A stretch of DNA of 64,000 bases from Bryobacteraceae bacterium (GTDB taxonomy: Bacteria; Acidobacteriota; Terriglobia; Bryobacterales; Bryobacteraceae): NCBI GenBank assembly GCA_046155405.1, contig JBJXFL010000014.1, positions 18,119-82,118 on the forward strand, written 5' to 3'. Shown in pieces: positions 7,368 to 16,976 of the stretch. The notes beneath the pieces are model-generated. The model did not search any database. It saw nothing but the letters and a program-made list of their open reading frames with translations, and was not told the DNA's origin. Every line of letters begins with the position of its first letter. The stretch's first letter is position 1. The position numbers and the translations under genes are program-made.

Positions 7368-8371
7368 GACCCTTCGGCCACACGCGCCGGCGGAGTGACA
7401 CCAATCGCCTGGCAATCCGCTTCCACCATCTCCCGGACCATCTCTTCAAAGTTTTTCCGCGGTTCCCATCCCAGAATTCGGCGCGCCTTGCTCGTATCGC
7501 CACAGAGCGCCACCGATTCGCCCGACCGGAAGAAATTCGGGTCCGTCACCACGTATTTCTCCCAGTCCAATCCGCCGCACTCAAAAGCGATCCGCACAAA
7601 ATCGCGGACCGAATGCAGCCTGCCGGTGGCGATCACATAATCGTCCGGCACCGGTTGTTGCAGCATCAGCCACATCGCTTCCACATATTCCTTCGCGTAG
7701 CCCCAATCGCGCTCGGCATCGAGATTGCCCAACCGCAAATCGTGCGCTTGTCCAGCCAAAATGCGGGCCACGCCGGAGGTGATCTTGCGCGTTACGAACT
7801 CGTGACCGCGCCGCGGCGATTCGTGGTTGAACAGAATTCCGCTAGAGGCGTGCATGCCGTAACGTTCCCGGTAGTTCCGGACGAGTTCGAACCCCGCGAC
7901 TTTGCTGATGCCATAGACGGAACGCGGCCGGAAGCGCGTCTGCTCGTTCTGTGGCGCCGCCGCCGCGCTGCCGAACATTTCCGAAGTGCCGGCAAAATAA
8001 AACCGGCATTGCGGCGCCAAATCCTTCAGGGACGCGAGCAAATAATGCGTGCCGTTAATGTTCGTTGTCAGCGTCGAAAATTCATCGTCGAATTCGTAGC
8101 TGACGAAACTCGCCGCCGCCAGGTGATAGCACTCGTCGGGACGAATTTTGCTCACCGCGTTGAAGATGGCCGGGTAGCTCTCGATCGATGCGGGCTGCAA
8201 CTGGATCCGATCCAGCAACGGCAACAGACGCTCCAACCGGTGCTCCGGCGCTTCCAGACCTACGCGCCGGACCAGACCGAATACCTCGTAGTCTTTCGCC
8301 AATAACTTTTCGGCCAGATACGATCCGTCCTGGCCGTTCACCCCGGTGATAAGCGCGCGTTTCTTCTGCAT
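7364..8371 (-). CDS. gmd: GDP-mannose 4,6-dehydratase, second diverged paralog
   Basis: [63 protein letters not shown]. By eye it is only about half identical to the first gmd. Start moved to the ATG at 8371, 2 nt after the upstream stop. Confidence 0.9.
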   Translation of the reverse strand: MQKKRALITGVNGQDGSYLAEKLLAKDYEVFGLVRRVGLEAPEHRLERLLPLLDRIQLQPASIESYPAIFNAVSKIRPDECYHLAAASFVSYEFDDEFSTLTTNINGTHYLLASLKDLAPQCRFYFAGTSEMFGSAAAAPQNEQTRFRPRSVYGISKVAGFELVRNYRERYGMHASSGILFNHESPRRGHEFVTRKITSGVARILAGQAHDLRLGNLDAERDWGYAKEYVEAMWLMLQQPVPDDYVIATGRLHSVRDFVRIAFECGGLDWEKYVVTDPNFFRSGESVALCGDTSKARRILGWEPRKNFEEMVREMVEADCQAIGVTPPARVAEGS

Positions 8372-8373
8372 AG

Positions 8374-9312
8374 CTACCGAATCAGTTTGCTCAAACGCCG
8401 CCCCACCCAAGTGTCATTCCAACGGCGTACGAAAGCATTCAGATTCATAACTCCAAACCATTCCTTCCAGAAACGGACCGGCGACGGCCAATTCAAAAGG
8501 GTACCAACAATCAGGCTGAAAAAGAACTTGGTGAACGATGGACGAAGCGGCTCAAAAAACTGGTCTCGCCGGTCCAGCAGGAACGACGCATAGCTGTGCG
8601 CCCATCGGAACGGCACATACCCATGATATTTCCGCAGCGCGCGGCTGGCTTCTTCAAATCCAACGGTTCGCTGTCGCAGCGTCTTGTTGTCGCGATGCAT
8701 TCGCGAGTTGGCTAGCAGCGCGTCGACCTTCATCAATTCGTGGCTTTGGGCTAAACGCAGCCATAGTTCATAGTCGAAGGCAACTCCGTAATCGATGTTA
8801 AACCCGCCAACCTCACGCAAGATCCCGGTACGTACAAAGCAGGCGGGCTGGCATATATAACAGGAATTCCCGAGCGTTTCTTTCCGGAATGGCTCCACCG
8901 GATAGTTGTCGATCCGCCGGTCGTCTTCATCGATCCAGTACGCGTTGCCGTAGACGCCAGCCATTTTCGGATGAATTTGCAACCAATGCACCGCGGTTCG
9001 CACGGCGCCGGGAAAATACGTATCGTCGGCGTTAAGGTAGGCGAAAATCTCGCCCTTCGCCGCCGCCAAACCCTTCCCCAAGGCCTCCGCCACGCCCCCA
9101 TCCGGCTCCATAATCAAACGCATCCGATCCGGGTGCTTCGCCACAAAATCGCAGACAATCTCGGCCGTTCCATCCGTGGAACCGCCGTCGACCACGATGT
9201 ATTCCAGATTTGGATAATCTTGCGCTAACACGCTCTCGATCGTACTCGCTACAAAAGCCGCGGTGTTAAGGCAAGGCGTCACGATCGTTACTAGGGGGAA
9301 GTTCGTCTCCAT
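8374..9312 (-). CDS. GT2-family glycosyltransferase
   Basis: VTIVTPCLNTAAFVASTIESVLAQDYPNLEYIVVDGGSTDGT ... YLNADD ... CYICQPACF. It is clearly paralogous to the GT2 part of 3115..5457. Confidence 0.88.
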   Translation of the reverse strand: METNFPLVTIVTPCLNTAAFVASTIESVLAQDYPNLEYIVVDGGSTDGTAEIVCDFVAKHPDRMRLIMEPDGGVAEALGKGLAAAKGEIFAYLNADDTYFPGAVRTAVHWLQIHPKMAGVYGNAYWIDEDDRRIDNYPVEPFRKETLGNSCYICQPACFVRTGILREVGGFNIDYGVAFDYELWLRLAQSHELMKVDALLANSRMHRDNKTLRQRTVGFEEASRALRKYHGYVPFRWAHSYASFLLDRRDQFFEPLRPSFTKFFFSLIVGTLLNWPSPVRFWKEWFGVMNLNAFVRRWNDTWVGRRLSKLIR

Positions 9313-9347
9313 CTTCCACGGAAACCCACTATAGCATTCGGGTTTGA

Positions 9348-10478
9348 CTATTCAGACGGAGCTAGAATCTTAGATCGGTGCCGGCGCCACCATGTCCGCC
9401 AGAACGCGAGATTCGCCGCCCGTCCGCCCTTGAATTTGTCGACATCAAGAGTAAAGCGTTGAATCGTTTCCTCCGAGCGGTAGGGTCCGGGATGGCTCGA
9501 CGGCGGAGAATGCGCCGGCGCACCATTTGAAATTACACCCACGCCGTTTGCGAACATGGCCAAACCGCCTGTGCCGAGTGTCTCCAAATCCACATCTCCC
9601 GACTCCATAAGGCCGACGAGAAAGGGAGCGCTTCGTTGGTTGTGAATGAACGCCAAAACTTGTGCGGCGGCTTTGCGGAGAGCGCGGTTGGTGGAGGCGC
9701 CGGTAGCCAGCTTGCCTAACACGGCAACGGACAAGGCATCGCCATTGCGATAGTACGCGCCAATGCTGAATGAAAGCTGGTCGAGATAGGGCGTAAGCGT
9801 GTGAGCTTTACGTTCAACCGTCACGAGCGCGTCCGAGCGCCCGAGCCGGATTAGACCCGCCAATGCCGGGCCATTCTTCAGAGGAGAATTACTCGCAAGA
9901 AGACGTCGATAGAACCGCTCCATGATTGCGGGATTTTGTTCGTCGAACGCTCCCCAATAGACGTACGAGTAACGAGAACCCACATCGCCATTGGCGGCAC
10001 TGAGCAATTCAAGAAGGGCTTTGTCCGCGAGCGATGCATCCCTTCGGTACTCGTATCCAGGACTGAGTTGCCATCGACTCAGCGGAACACGGACATCATC
10101 CAAGAACCGCGCCGGAGTTGCGACGAACGGAAGCACGGACCATGAGTTGGAGCCATCGCGCTTTAGAAACCAAAGCCCAATGTCGCCTTTCAACAGTTCG
10201 GAAGCGACCCGCGTGGCGGTACCGGACTGCGCCCAGGTCAGCCTGACCCGCCGCGCCGGCGGCAGGATTCCCGCCAGTGACCGAATAACCCGCGCGTCAA
10301 CCGAGACCAATGCCGTTGGCACCGGTTGGGTGGTGGATTGCGTTACGTTCATGGACGCGATGGTTCCGACGATCACGTCGCTAGACTGAGAACCAATTTG
10401 GCGCAAATTTGGGACGGCCACGACGACCGAGAAACACAAGGTTGCGTTCACCAATACAAGAAGAATCGTTCTTGCCAT
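9348..10478 (-). CDS. Hypothetical protein with an N-terminal signal or anchor
   Basis: Long ORF. I prefer the ATG at 10478 (MARTILLVLVNATLCFSVVVAVP) because the track start at 10631 overlaps the divergent TonB-receptor gene. No recognisable catalytic motif. Confidence 0.65.
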   Translation of the reverse strand: MARTILLVLVNATLCFSVVVAVPNLRQIGSQSSDVIVGTIASMNVTQSTTQPVPTALVSVDARVIRSLAGILPPARRVRLTWAQSGTATRVASELLKGDIGLWFLKRDGSNSWSVLPFVATPARFLDDVRVPLSRWQLSPGYEYRRDASLADKALLELLSAANGDVGSRYSYVYWGAFDEQNPAIMERFYRRLLASNSPLKNGPALAGLIRLGRSDALVTVERKAHTLTPYLDQLSFSIGAYYRNGDALSVAVLGKLATGASTNRALRKAAAQVLAFIHNQRSAPFLVGLMESGDVDLETLGTGGLAMFANGVGVISNGAPAHSPPSSHPGPYRSEETIQRFTLDVDKFKGGRAANLAFWRTWWRRHRSKILAPSE

Positions 10479-10622
10479 GATTTCGTGGATCGTAGTATGA
10501 CGCTCCACCATATCACGCAAGCCGCTTACGATCAGGCCATGCGGCTTAATTCGCAGCCCGGCAAGTCCTTGAACGCCGTAGTATAATCCGCACCAGTTCG
10601 TCCTGAACTCCGGAGGCGCTGT

Positions 10623-13600
10623 ATGACTCACCCGACGATGCGAATCATCGCGGTCCTACTCTCCTGCTTCGTTGTTCCGCTCATTGGGCAGGTGACGACG
10701 GCAACCCTATACATTATCATCACCGACTCGACGGGAGCGGTGATTCCCGGCGCCTCGGTCATCCTGCGGGACGACGCGACTGGATCGGTCCGGCGGCAGA
10801 CCTGCGATAACCTCGGCGAATGCGGCTTCCAGTTCCTTCGGCCCAGTACGTATTCCGGCTCAATTAGCGTCTCCGGATTCAAGACCCTCGAAATATCCGG
10901 ACTGACGATCGAGACCGCGCAGAACGTCCGGCGTAAGTTCACGCTGAGCGTGGGTGACATCGTGGAAAAAGTCTCGGTCTCCGGAGAGGCGCCCATCGTG
11001 AACGCGGTTTCGCCGGAGCAACTGGAGAGTCTGGCCGGCGCCACACTGGAACAACTTCCCGTCGCGCGGCGCCGCGCATCGGAGTTGTTCCAACTGGGAA
11101 CCTCCGTGTCGCGAACGCCGGGAACGACCAACAACTCGGGTAGTTTCCGGCTGAACGGACTGGGGGCGGGGGCCACTACCATCACCATGGATGGCATTCC
11201 AGCGAGCGCCCATCCGGGGTCTCCGCAGGGCGGCTTCCGCGGCGGCTTCAACTACATTGAGGTCGCGAGCATGGAAGCGATCGAAGAAGTGGCCGTATCC
11301 AAGGGCGTGTTTTCGGCCGAGTATGGGCGGGCGATGAGCGGCAACATCAATGTGATCACGAAGTCCGGTACGAACCAGTTGCATGGCAGCCTGTTCCACC
11401 TCTTCAACGCCGCGCAATTGAACGCGCGCCAGTTCTTCCTTGCAACGCGCCCCGCCAGCACCTTCAATCAGTTTGGCGGATCAATGGGCGGCCCCGTCAT
11501 TCGCAATCGCCTTTTCCTGTTCGGGGTATATGAAGGCTACCGCGACCGGCGTACGACGACGATCAACGCGCTGGTGCCGACGCCGCGCCTTCGCGATGCG
11601 ATGCTGACGCGGTTTCCCGGCTACAAGCTTCTGCTCGACGAGTTCTATCTACCCAATCAGCCGTTCGCGGCGGCGGCGGCCACCGGGGCTTACATCGCTC
11701 CGGGACTGATTCGGGCGACCACCGATCACTTCGTCTTGAAACCCGACGCGTGGCTGTCGAGCAATCACCGGCTGAGTTCCACTTGGACCAGAGACCGGCC
11801 GGATCTGTTCACGCCGAACGGACCGGGCCGCAATATCTCGCGCACATTCGTCGGGGTGCTCGACCGCTTCAACGCCACCTACTTCACATTCGGCGCGGCC
11901 TGGAGCGCCGAGACGCGCTTCGGCTGGAACCGCGTGGACAACACGCGGCGCGACAACTATTTCGATGTGCAAGACCCCAGTAAGCCGGAGGCGGCGCTGG
12001 GCGGCCGACGCGCGCCCGCCATCTCGGCGCTCGGAATCGGCATCGGCGGCGAAGACAATTTTATCGGCAACGCTCCCAGTTGGAATGTCGAGCAAAAGCT
12101 GAGCCGGCAGTTCGGCAAACACTCTCTCAAGTGGGGCGGAATACTCAGCAAACGCGCCTTCGGTATCGGCAATGTCGGAAGCCCCCTGTTCACTTACAAT
12201 ACCGAGCAGGACCTGATCGAAAACTCGCCCGTCGCGGCTCAGTTCTCGTTCGGCTTTCGGCCCTGGGTGGGCCGCCAGCTCGACTTCGGATTCTTCATTC
12301 AGGACGACTGGCGCATCAGCCGCAAGCTGGTGTTGAATCTCGGTCTCCGGTATGACTTCTTCGACAACATGACAGCCGAAGGATTGAGCGGTGGACCGCC
12401 GCACTTCGCCAACGCCTCGTTCACCAACTTCGCCGCGTTCACGCTAGGTCCGTTCCGCGCTTTCGACAATGCATACGACCGCGATCCGGTCAGCTTCGGC
12501 CCCCGCTTCGGCTTCGCCTACAACCCGGACGGCGTCGCGAAGACGGTTATTCGCGGCGGCGCGGGCTTTATGCACGCCCCGGTAAATACCAGCATCTTCG
12601 AGCAGACGGCGATTAACTCCATCGATCAGCCTTTCCGCATCGATCTCTCCCGGAGCGAGGTGCAGCGAATCGGCATCCGATTCCCCGCCTACAACGAAGA
12701 CGTGTTGCCGCTCATCCGGGCGGGAACGGCCGCGCCCGCCTATCAACTCGTCGATCCCCGCATAAATACGCCCTACGCGATCAATTTTACGCTTGGCGTG
12801 GAACACGCGCTGACGAATACCCTCATGCTCGAGACCGCGTTCGTCGGAACGCGCGGCGTCAAGTTTATCCTCCCGCGCATCTACAACCAGCCCGACCCCA
12901 TTTCCGGAATCCGGCCGAATCCCAATTTGGGCCAGTCGCGTTATTGGGACAACTCCGACAGCTCCATTTTCGTTTCCTGGCAGACCTCGCTGCGGAAGAG
13001 ATACAGCCGGAATCTGAGCGGAGCGGTGCACTACACATGGGGTAAGACTATGTCATATCTTTACGGCGACCTGACCTATGCGGTGCCGACGTTTATCCAA
13101 GACTTTTTCGACGTACGGTCGAATCGCGGCCGCCCGCCCCAGGATATTCAGCACGCGGTGACCGGTAGCTTCGTCTACGACGTCCCGCTGTTTGCGAGTG
13201 CGGGCCGCGTGCTGAAACATACGCTTGGCGGATGGCAGGGGAGCGGAGTGTTCCGCGCTCAATCCGGCAATCCGCTAACTATTACCCAGGCCAGCGGCCG
13301 CGTATTCGGAAGACCCGACCTGATCGACTTCGACAATGCGGTGAGCGATAACGGGCTGCAATATTTGAACCCCGCCGCTTTTGCGCGCGTGCCAGTCAGC
13401 GCCATGACGGGACAACAGATCCGCGCGGGCACGACGGGCAACGGCGCCCTGGTCAGTCCCGGCTTCTGGAACCTCGATTTCTCTTTTGGCAAGAATTTCC
13501 GTATCACCGAGCGGGTTCAGTTCCAGCTCCGCGCCGACATGCTGAATGCGTTTAACCACGCGAATCTGAACGTCGTCGAGACCAACATTGTAAACGCCCG

Positions 13601-13667
13601 GTTCGGGCGTCTTATCGGCGCGACGGATCCGCGCTTCGTACAATTCCACCTGCGGCTGGCCTTCTAA
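10623..13667 (+). CDS. TonB-dependent receptor-like outer-membrane protein with a CarboxypepD_reg N-terminal domain
   Basis: Signal peptide, then the Ig-like domain TDSTGAVIPGASVILRDDATG...TYSGSISVSGFKT, a plug-like region, a ~1000-aa beta-rich body and a terminal aromatic residue (HLRLAF). This is the Acidobacteria-style TBDR architecture. Confidence 0.85.
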   Translation: MTHPTMRIIAVLLSCFVVPLIGQVTTATLYIIITDSTGAVIPGASVILRDDATGSVRRQTCDNLGECGFQFLRPSTYSGSISVSGFKTLEISGLTIETAQNVRRKFTLSVGDIVEKVSVSGEAPIVNAVSPEQLESLAGATLEQLPVARRRASELFQLGTSVSRTPGTTNNSGSFRLNGLGAGATTITMDGIPASAHPGSPQGGFRGGFNYIEVASMEAIEEVAVSKGVFSAEYGRAMSGNINVITKSGTNQLHGSLFHLFNAAQLNARQFFLATRPASTFNQFGGSMGGPVIRNRLFLFGVYEGYRDRRTTTINALVPTPRLRDAMLTRFPGYKLLLDEFYLPNQPFAAAAATGAYIAPGLIRATTDHFVLKPDAWLSSNHRLSSTWTRDRPDLFTPNGPGRNISRTFVGVLDRFNATYFTFGAAWSAETRFGWNRVDNTRRDNYFDVQDPSKPEAALGGRRAPAISALGIGIGGEDNFIGNAPSWNVEQKLSRQFGKHSLKWGGILSKRAFGIGNVGSPLFTYNTEQDLIENSPVAAQFSFGFRPWVGRQLDFGFFIQDDWRISRKLVLNLGLRYDFFDNMTAEGLSGGPPHFANASFTNFAAFTLGPFRAFDNAYDRDPVSFGPRFGFAYNPDGVAKTVIRGGAGFMHAPVNTSIFEQTAINSIDQPFRIDLSRSEVQRIGIRFPAYNEDVLPLIRAGTAAPAYQLVDPRINTPYAINFTLGVEHALTNTLMLETAFVGTRGVKFILPRIYNQPDPISGIRPNPNLGQSRYWDNSDSSIFVSWQTSLRKRYSRNLSGAVHYTWGKTMSYLYGDLTYAVPTFIQDFFDVRSNRGRPPQDIQHAVTGSFVYDVPLFASAGRVLKHTLGGWQGSGVFRAQSGNPLTITQASGRVFGRPDLIDFDNAVSDNGLQYLNPAAFARVPVSAMTGQQIRAGTTGNGALVSPGFWNLDFSFGKNFRITERVQFQLRADMLNAFNHANLNVVETNIVNARFGRLIGATDPRFVQFHLRLAF

Positions 13668-13668
13668 C

Positions 13669-16530
13669 ATGCGGCGACGCTACGCGTTTCTTATTTTGTC
13701 GCTCTTCGTGGACCACGCGGCCGCCGCTGTTATTGAGGGCGCCGCCTTGACCAAAGGCCCGTCGAGAATTGCCTTGCCGGCTCTCGAGTCCATCCTCGCC
13801 CGCACGAGCCCGGCTATCCGGTCCGTTCGGCTGGAACTCGGTAACGGCGCGGCCGAGTCCTTCTCGATCCGAAAAGTGGGAGACGCGGCCGTCGTCACCG
13901 GCGCCGATCACACCGGACTCGGCTACGGCATATATGAACTGGCCGCTCAACTGGCGGCTGGCGGCGAGGCGCGAGACGTGGCGCGCTCGGCCGAAGTGGA
14001 GATCCGCTCCGTCGCCCTTTTTCTTTACAATCGCGATCTGGAGCGGGAGTGGTTTTACTCCGAGGATTTCTGGCGGCGCTACTTCGCATTGCTCGCGCGC
14101 GCCCGCTTCAACCGGATCTCGCTGATTTTCGGCCACCAGACATCGTACTTCGCTCCGCTCTTTCCATTCCTGGTCGAGGTTCCCGGCTACGAACGGGTGA
14201 AGGTGCCCTCGTTCACGCCGGAAGAACGCCGCCGAAATCTGGAGATGCTGCGGACCATCACGGAACTCGCCGATGAGCATGGAATCCGGTTTGTGTTGGG
14301 AGTTTGGCAGCAGCACGCGCATCTGTACGGCAAGAACCTCGTGGACAATCTTCCCTACGAGGACCTGTTCGACTATTGCCCCAAAGCGCTTGCGCTCATT
14401 CTAAGAGCCGTGCCCAAAATTCACGGCGTCCAGTTCCGGATGAATATCGAATCCGGAATCGAAGAGGACGATCAAAACCGTTTCTATACGGCGATGTCGA
14501 AGGCGATTCTGTCCGTGGGGCGCCCAATTGCCATCGATTACCGGGCGAAGGGTTTGCGCCCCGAAACCATTGAGTCCGCCGTGGCGCTCGGGATCCGTCC
14601 CACGGTGTCGAACAAATACTGGCGGGAACATATGGGGCTTCCTTATCAAAGCACGCGGATCGACGCTCCAGACAAGGCTCGCAGCTATCGGCGATACGGT
14701 TACTGGGACACGCTCTATCAGAATCGCCCTTATGATGTGCTTCACCGCATGTGGACTCTCGGGTCGCACAAGATTCTCCTTTGGGGCAGTCTCGACTACG
14801 CCAGGCAGTTCGCCGAGAGTTCTCACCTGGGAGATGGGCGCGGTCTGGAGATCTGCGCATCGCTCTCGCAGAAGGGTTTCGGAAACTTTCCGGGAGGGAA
14901 CTGGCGCATCTTCGCCAAACCCGAACTTGAGTATTTCCGATGGGAGTTCGAGCGCTACTGGGCATACTATCTCACGTTCGGACTGGCCGCTTATTCACGG
15001 GATTCCAGCCAGCCTGTTCTCGACGCGGAGTTCCAACGGCGGTTTGGAAAAGCGTCGGGCTCGATTCGCAAGGCTTACGATGCGGCGAGTTGGGTGATTC
15101 CTTATTTGACGGCCGTCCGCGCCGTTTCGAATTCGAACTTCGGATACTGGCCCGAGATGGAGGCCGGGGGTCTGATGGATCGTTACATAGAAACCGGCAC
15201 CGGCGACGACAACCGCTTTTACTCGATCGGCGAATACGTCACCGACTCGCTCGCTCGCCGCTTTTCCGCCAAGACGTCACCGGAAGAGATGGCCTCCCAA
15301 CTCGAGCGGTGGGCGGTAGCCGCCGGCGAGGCTATGAAATCCGCGGGTGATGTGCCATCCGAGTCGGGCAAGGAACTTGCCTCTACCCGGGTGGATATCG
15401 GCGTGCTGGCAGCGCTGGCGCGGTACCACGCCGCGCGCCTCCGGGCCGGCGTCGAGTATGAGTTTTTCACGCGCGGCGGACAGCGGCAAAGGCTTACCTC
15501 CGCCGTCTCGCAGTTCCGTCACGCCGTCGGCCACTGGAAGGAGATTGCCCGCCTCACCGATGGATATTACTACGCCAACATGGTATTCAACCGGCCCCCG
15601 GAGCAGATCGGACATTGGAAAGACGAGCTTCCGTTTCTCGAAAACGAACTCACACGGCTCACCGAAATAGACCGGTTGTACCGGTTGACAGCCGCCGACC
15701 CCGCCAAAGCCCTGGAATGGAAAATCGAGCAACCACGGCACAAGCTCACGATGCGCGCGAAAGAGACCGCCGGCACGTGGTCGCGATGGGCGGATCTGAC
15801 TCCCGTCGCCGAACCCGCCGGCGCACCCGCGGACCGTTACACCCAGATGGATCCGGCGGCCGCCGTCCAGGACGTGCTCCGCCGCCAGCGCTATGCGCGA
15901 ATACTTCACACGCCCGTCCGATTCGCGACCGAGCGCGAACCGCTACACATCCACGCATCTTTGCTCGGCAAGCGCGAGGGCACTTCCTTGACTGTAAATT
16001 ATCGCCTTTCCGGTAATGGTTTTTCGTTCCAGACCGTGGAAATGAAGGCCGATTCCACCGGCAACGAATACTCCGCGGCAATCCCGGCCGCCCGCGCCGG
16101 CGACACAATCCTGTACTTCATTCAGGCGCGGGATGGAACGACGCACACGCACGGATCGAGGAAGGAACCACACACCGTCGCCCTCCGCGCCGCGGTGCCC
16201 GTTCAGCCGGTGATTCAACACGCGGATGTGACTTCGGCGCTGGTGGGCAAGAGCCTTCCGGTTGTGGCAAAAGTCCGAACCGGGTTGCCGCCGGCGTCGG
16301 TGCGCTTGCACTATCGGCATCTGGACCAGGCCGAAGATTGGATCGTCCGGGACATGCAGGCTACCGGTTCGTCCGGCTATAACGCCGAGATCCCCGGCGA
16401 ATTCATTGTTCCCGGTTGGGACTTGATGTACACGATCGAAGTGGTCGATTCAGGAGGAACGGGTGAGTTCTACCCCAATGCGCGTGAGCGAAACCCGTTT
16501 GTTGTCGTGTCGGTAAAGGGCGGTCACTGA
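13669..16530 (+). CDS. Large secreted protein; possible glycoside-hydrolase-like fold (weak call)
   Basis: Starts 1 nt after the TBDR stop, so it is probably co-transcribed. Signal peptide MRRRYAFLILSLFVDHAAAA. The N-terminal AAVVTGADHTGLGYGIYELAAQL resembles GH20b/GH67N-type N-domains. The functional call is low confidence. Confidence 0.7.
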   Translation: MRRRYAFLILSLFVDHAAAAVIEGAALTKGPSRIALPALESILARTSPAIRSVRLELGNGAAESFSIRKVGDAAVVTGADHTGLGYGIYELAAQLAAGGEARDVARSAEVEIRSVALFLYNRDLEREWFYSEDFWRRYFALLARARFNRISLIFGHQTSYFAPLFPFLVEVPGYERVKVPSFTPEERRRNLEMLRTITELADEHGIRFVLGVWQQHAHLYGKNLVDNLPYEDLFDYCPKALALILRAVPKIHGVQFRMNIESGIEEDDQNRFYTAMSKAILSVGRPIAIDYRAKGLRPETIESAVALGIRPTVSNKYWREHMGLPYQSTRIDAPDKARSYRRYGYWDTLYQNRPYDVLHRMWTLGSHKILLWGSLDYARQFAESSHLGDGRGLEICASLSQKGFGNFPGGNWRIFAKPELEYFRWEFERYWAYYLTFGLAAYSRDSSQPVLDAEFQRRFGKASGSIRKAYDAASWVIPYLTAVRAVSNSNFGYWPEMEAGGLMDRYIETGTGDDNRFYSIGEYVTDSLARRFSAKTSPEEMASQLERWAVAAGEAMKSAGDVPSESGKELASTRVDIGVLAALARYHAARLRAGVEYEFFTRGGQRQRLTSAVSQFRHAVGHWKEIARLTDGYYYANMVFNRPPEQIGHWKDELPFLENELTRLTEIDRLYRLTAADPAKALEWKIEQPRHKLTMRAKETAGTWSRWADLTPVAEPAGAPADRYTQMDPAAAVQDVLRRQRYARILHTPVRFATEREPLHIHASLLGKREGTSLTVNYRLSGNGFSFQTVEMKADSTGNEYSAAIPAARAGDTILYFIQARDGTTHTHGSRKEPHTVALRAAVPVQPVIQHADVTSALVGKSLPVVAKVRTGLPPASVRLHYRHLDQAEDWIVRDMQATGSSGYNAEIPGEFIVPGWDLMYTIEVVDSGGTGEFYPNARERNPFVVVSVKGGH

Positions 16531-16595
16531 GGACGATGCGCGGTGCCGCGCGTAATCGCGGGGCCGAATCGATTAGCCGCTGCCCGCACTTCTCC

Positions 16596-16625
16596 TTGAC
16601 AGCGCCCCCCGGCACTTCCTATCCT
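16596..16625 (+). promoter_or_regulatory. Candidate promoter upstream of feoAB
   Basis: TTGACA (16596-16601), an 18-nt spacer, then TATCCT (16620-16625), about 30 nt upstream of the feoA ATG. Confidence 0.3.
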
Positions 16626-16655
16626 GGTAGTTCAGTGCAACTCACTTTCAACAAG

Positions 16656-16976
16656 ATGATCGCTGCCCCGGACGAAACTCCGGCGGACACGCGGAGCTCG
16701 CTCGTTGATCTTCGCTGCGGCCAAGCGGCTATTCTTGAATCCCTCGATGTCTCCGAAGATCTGGGACGGCGTCTGATGGAACTGGGTTTCTTTCCCGGCG
16801 GCGACATCGTCGCAGCGGGCTGCGCGCCCGGCGGCGATCCCCGTGTCTACCGCGTCGATGGCTCCGAAATCGCCCTGCGCACCGAAACCGCCCGGTTGTT
16901 GAAACTCCGGTCAAACTCCATTCGCACCGTCGTTCCGCCAAAGGGCACAGCAAAGAGTGCATCGAGCCGGCCATGA
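16656..16976 (+). CDS. feoA: FeoA-domain protein
   Basis: SH3-like FeoA pattern CGQAAILESLDVSEDLGRRLMELGFFPGGDIVAAGCAPGGDPRVYRVDGSEIALR. ATGA overlap with feoB. Start moved to the ATG at 16656. Confidence 0.8.
   Translation: MIAAPDETPADTRSSLVDLRCGQAAILESLDVSEDLGRRLMELGFFPGGDIVAAGCAPGGDPRVYRVDGSEIALRTETARLLKLRSNSIRTVVPPKGTAKSASSRP

Noticed and set aside
10582-10587. Perfect TATAAT 36 nt upstream of the TonB-receptor start
   Set aside because: No acceptable -35 exists at 16-18 nt (CGGCAA), and there is no TG extension. It is plausible but not supportable as a promoter from sequence alone.
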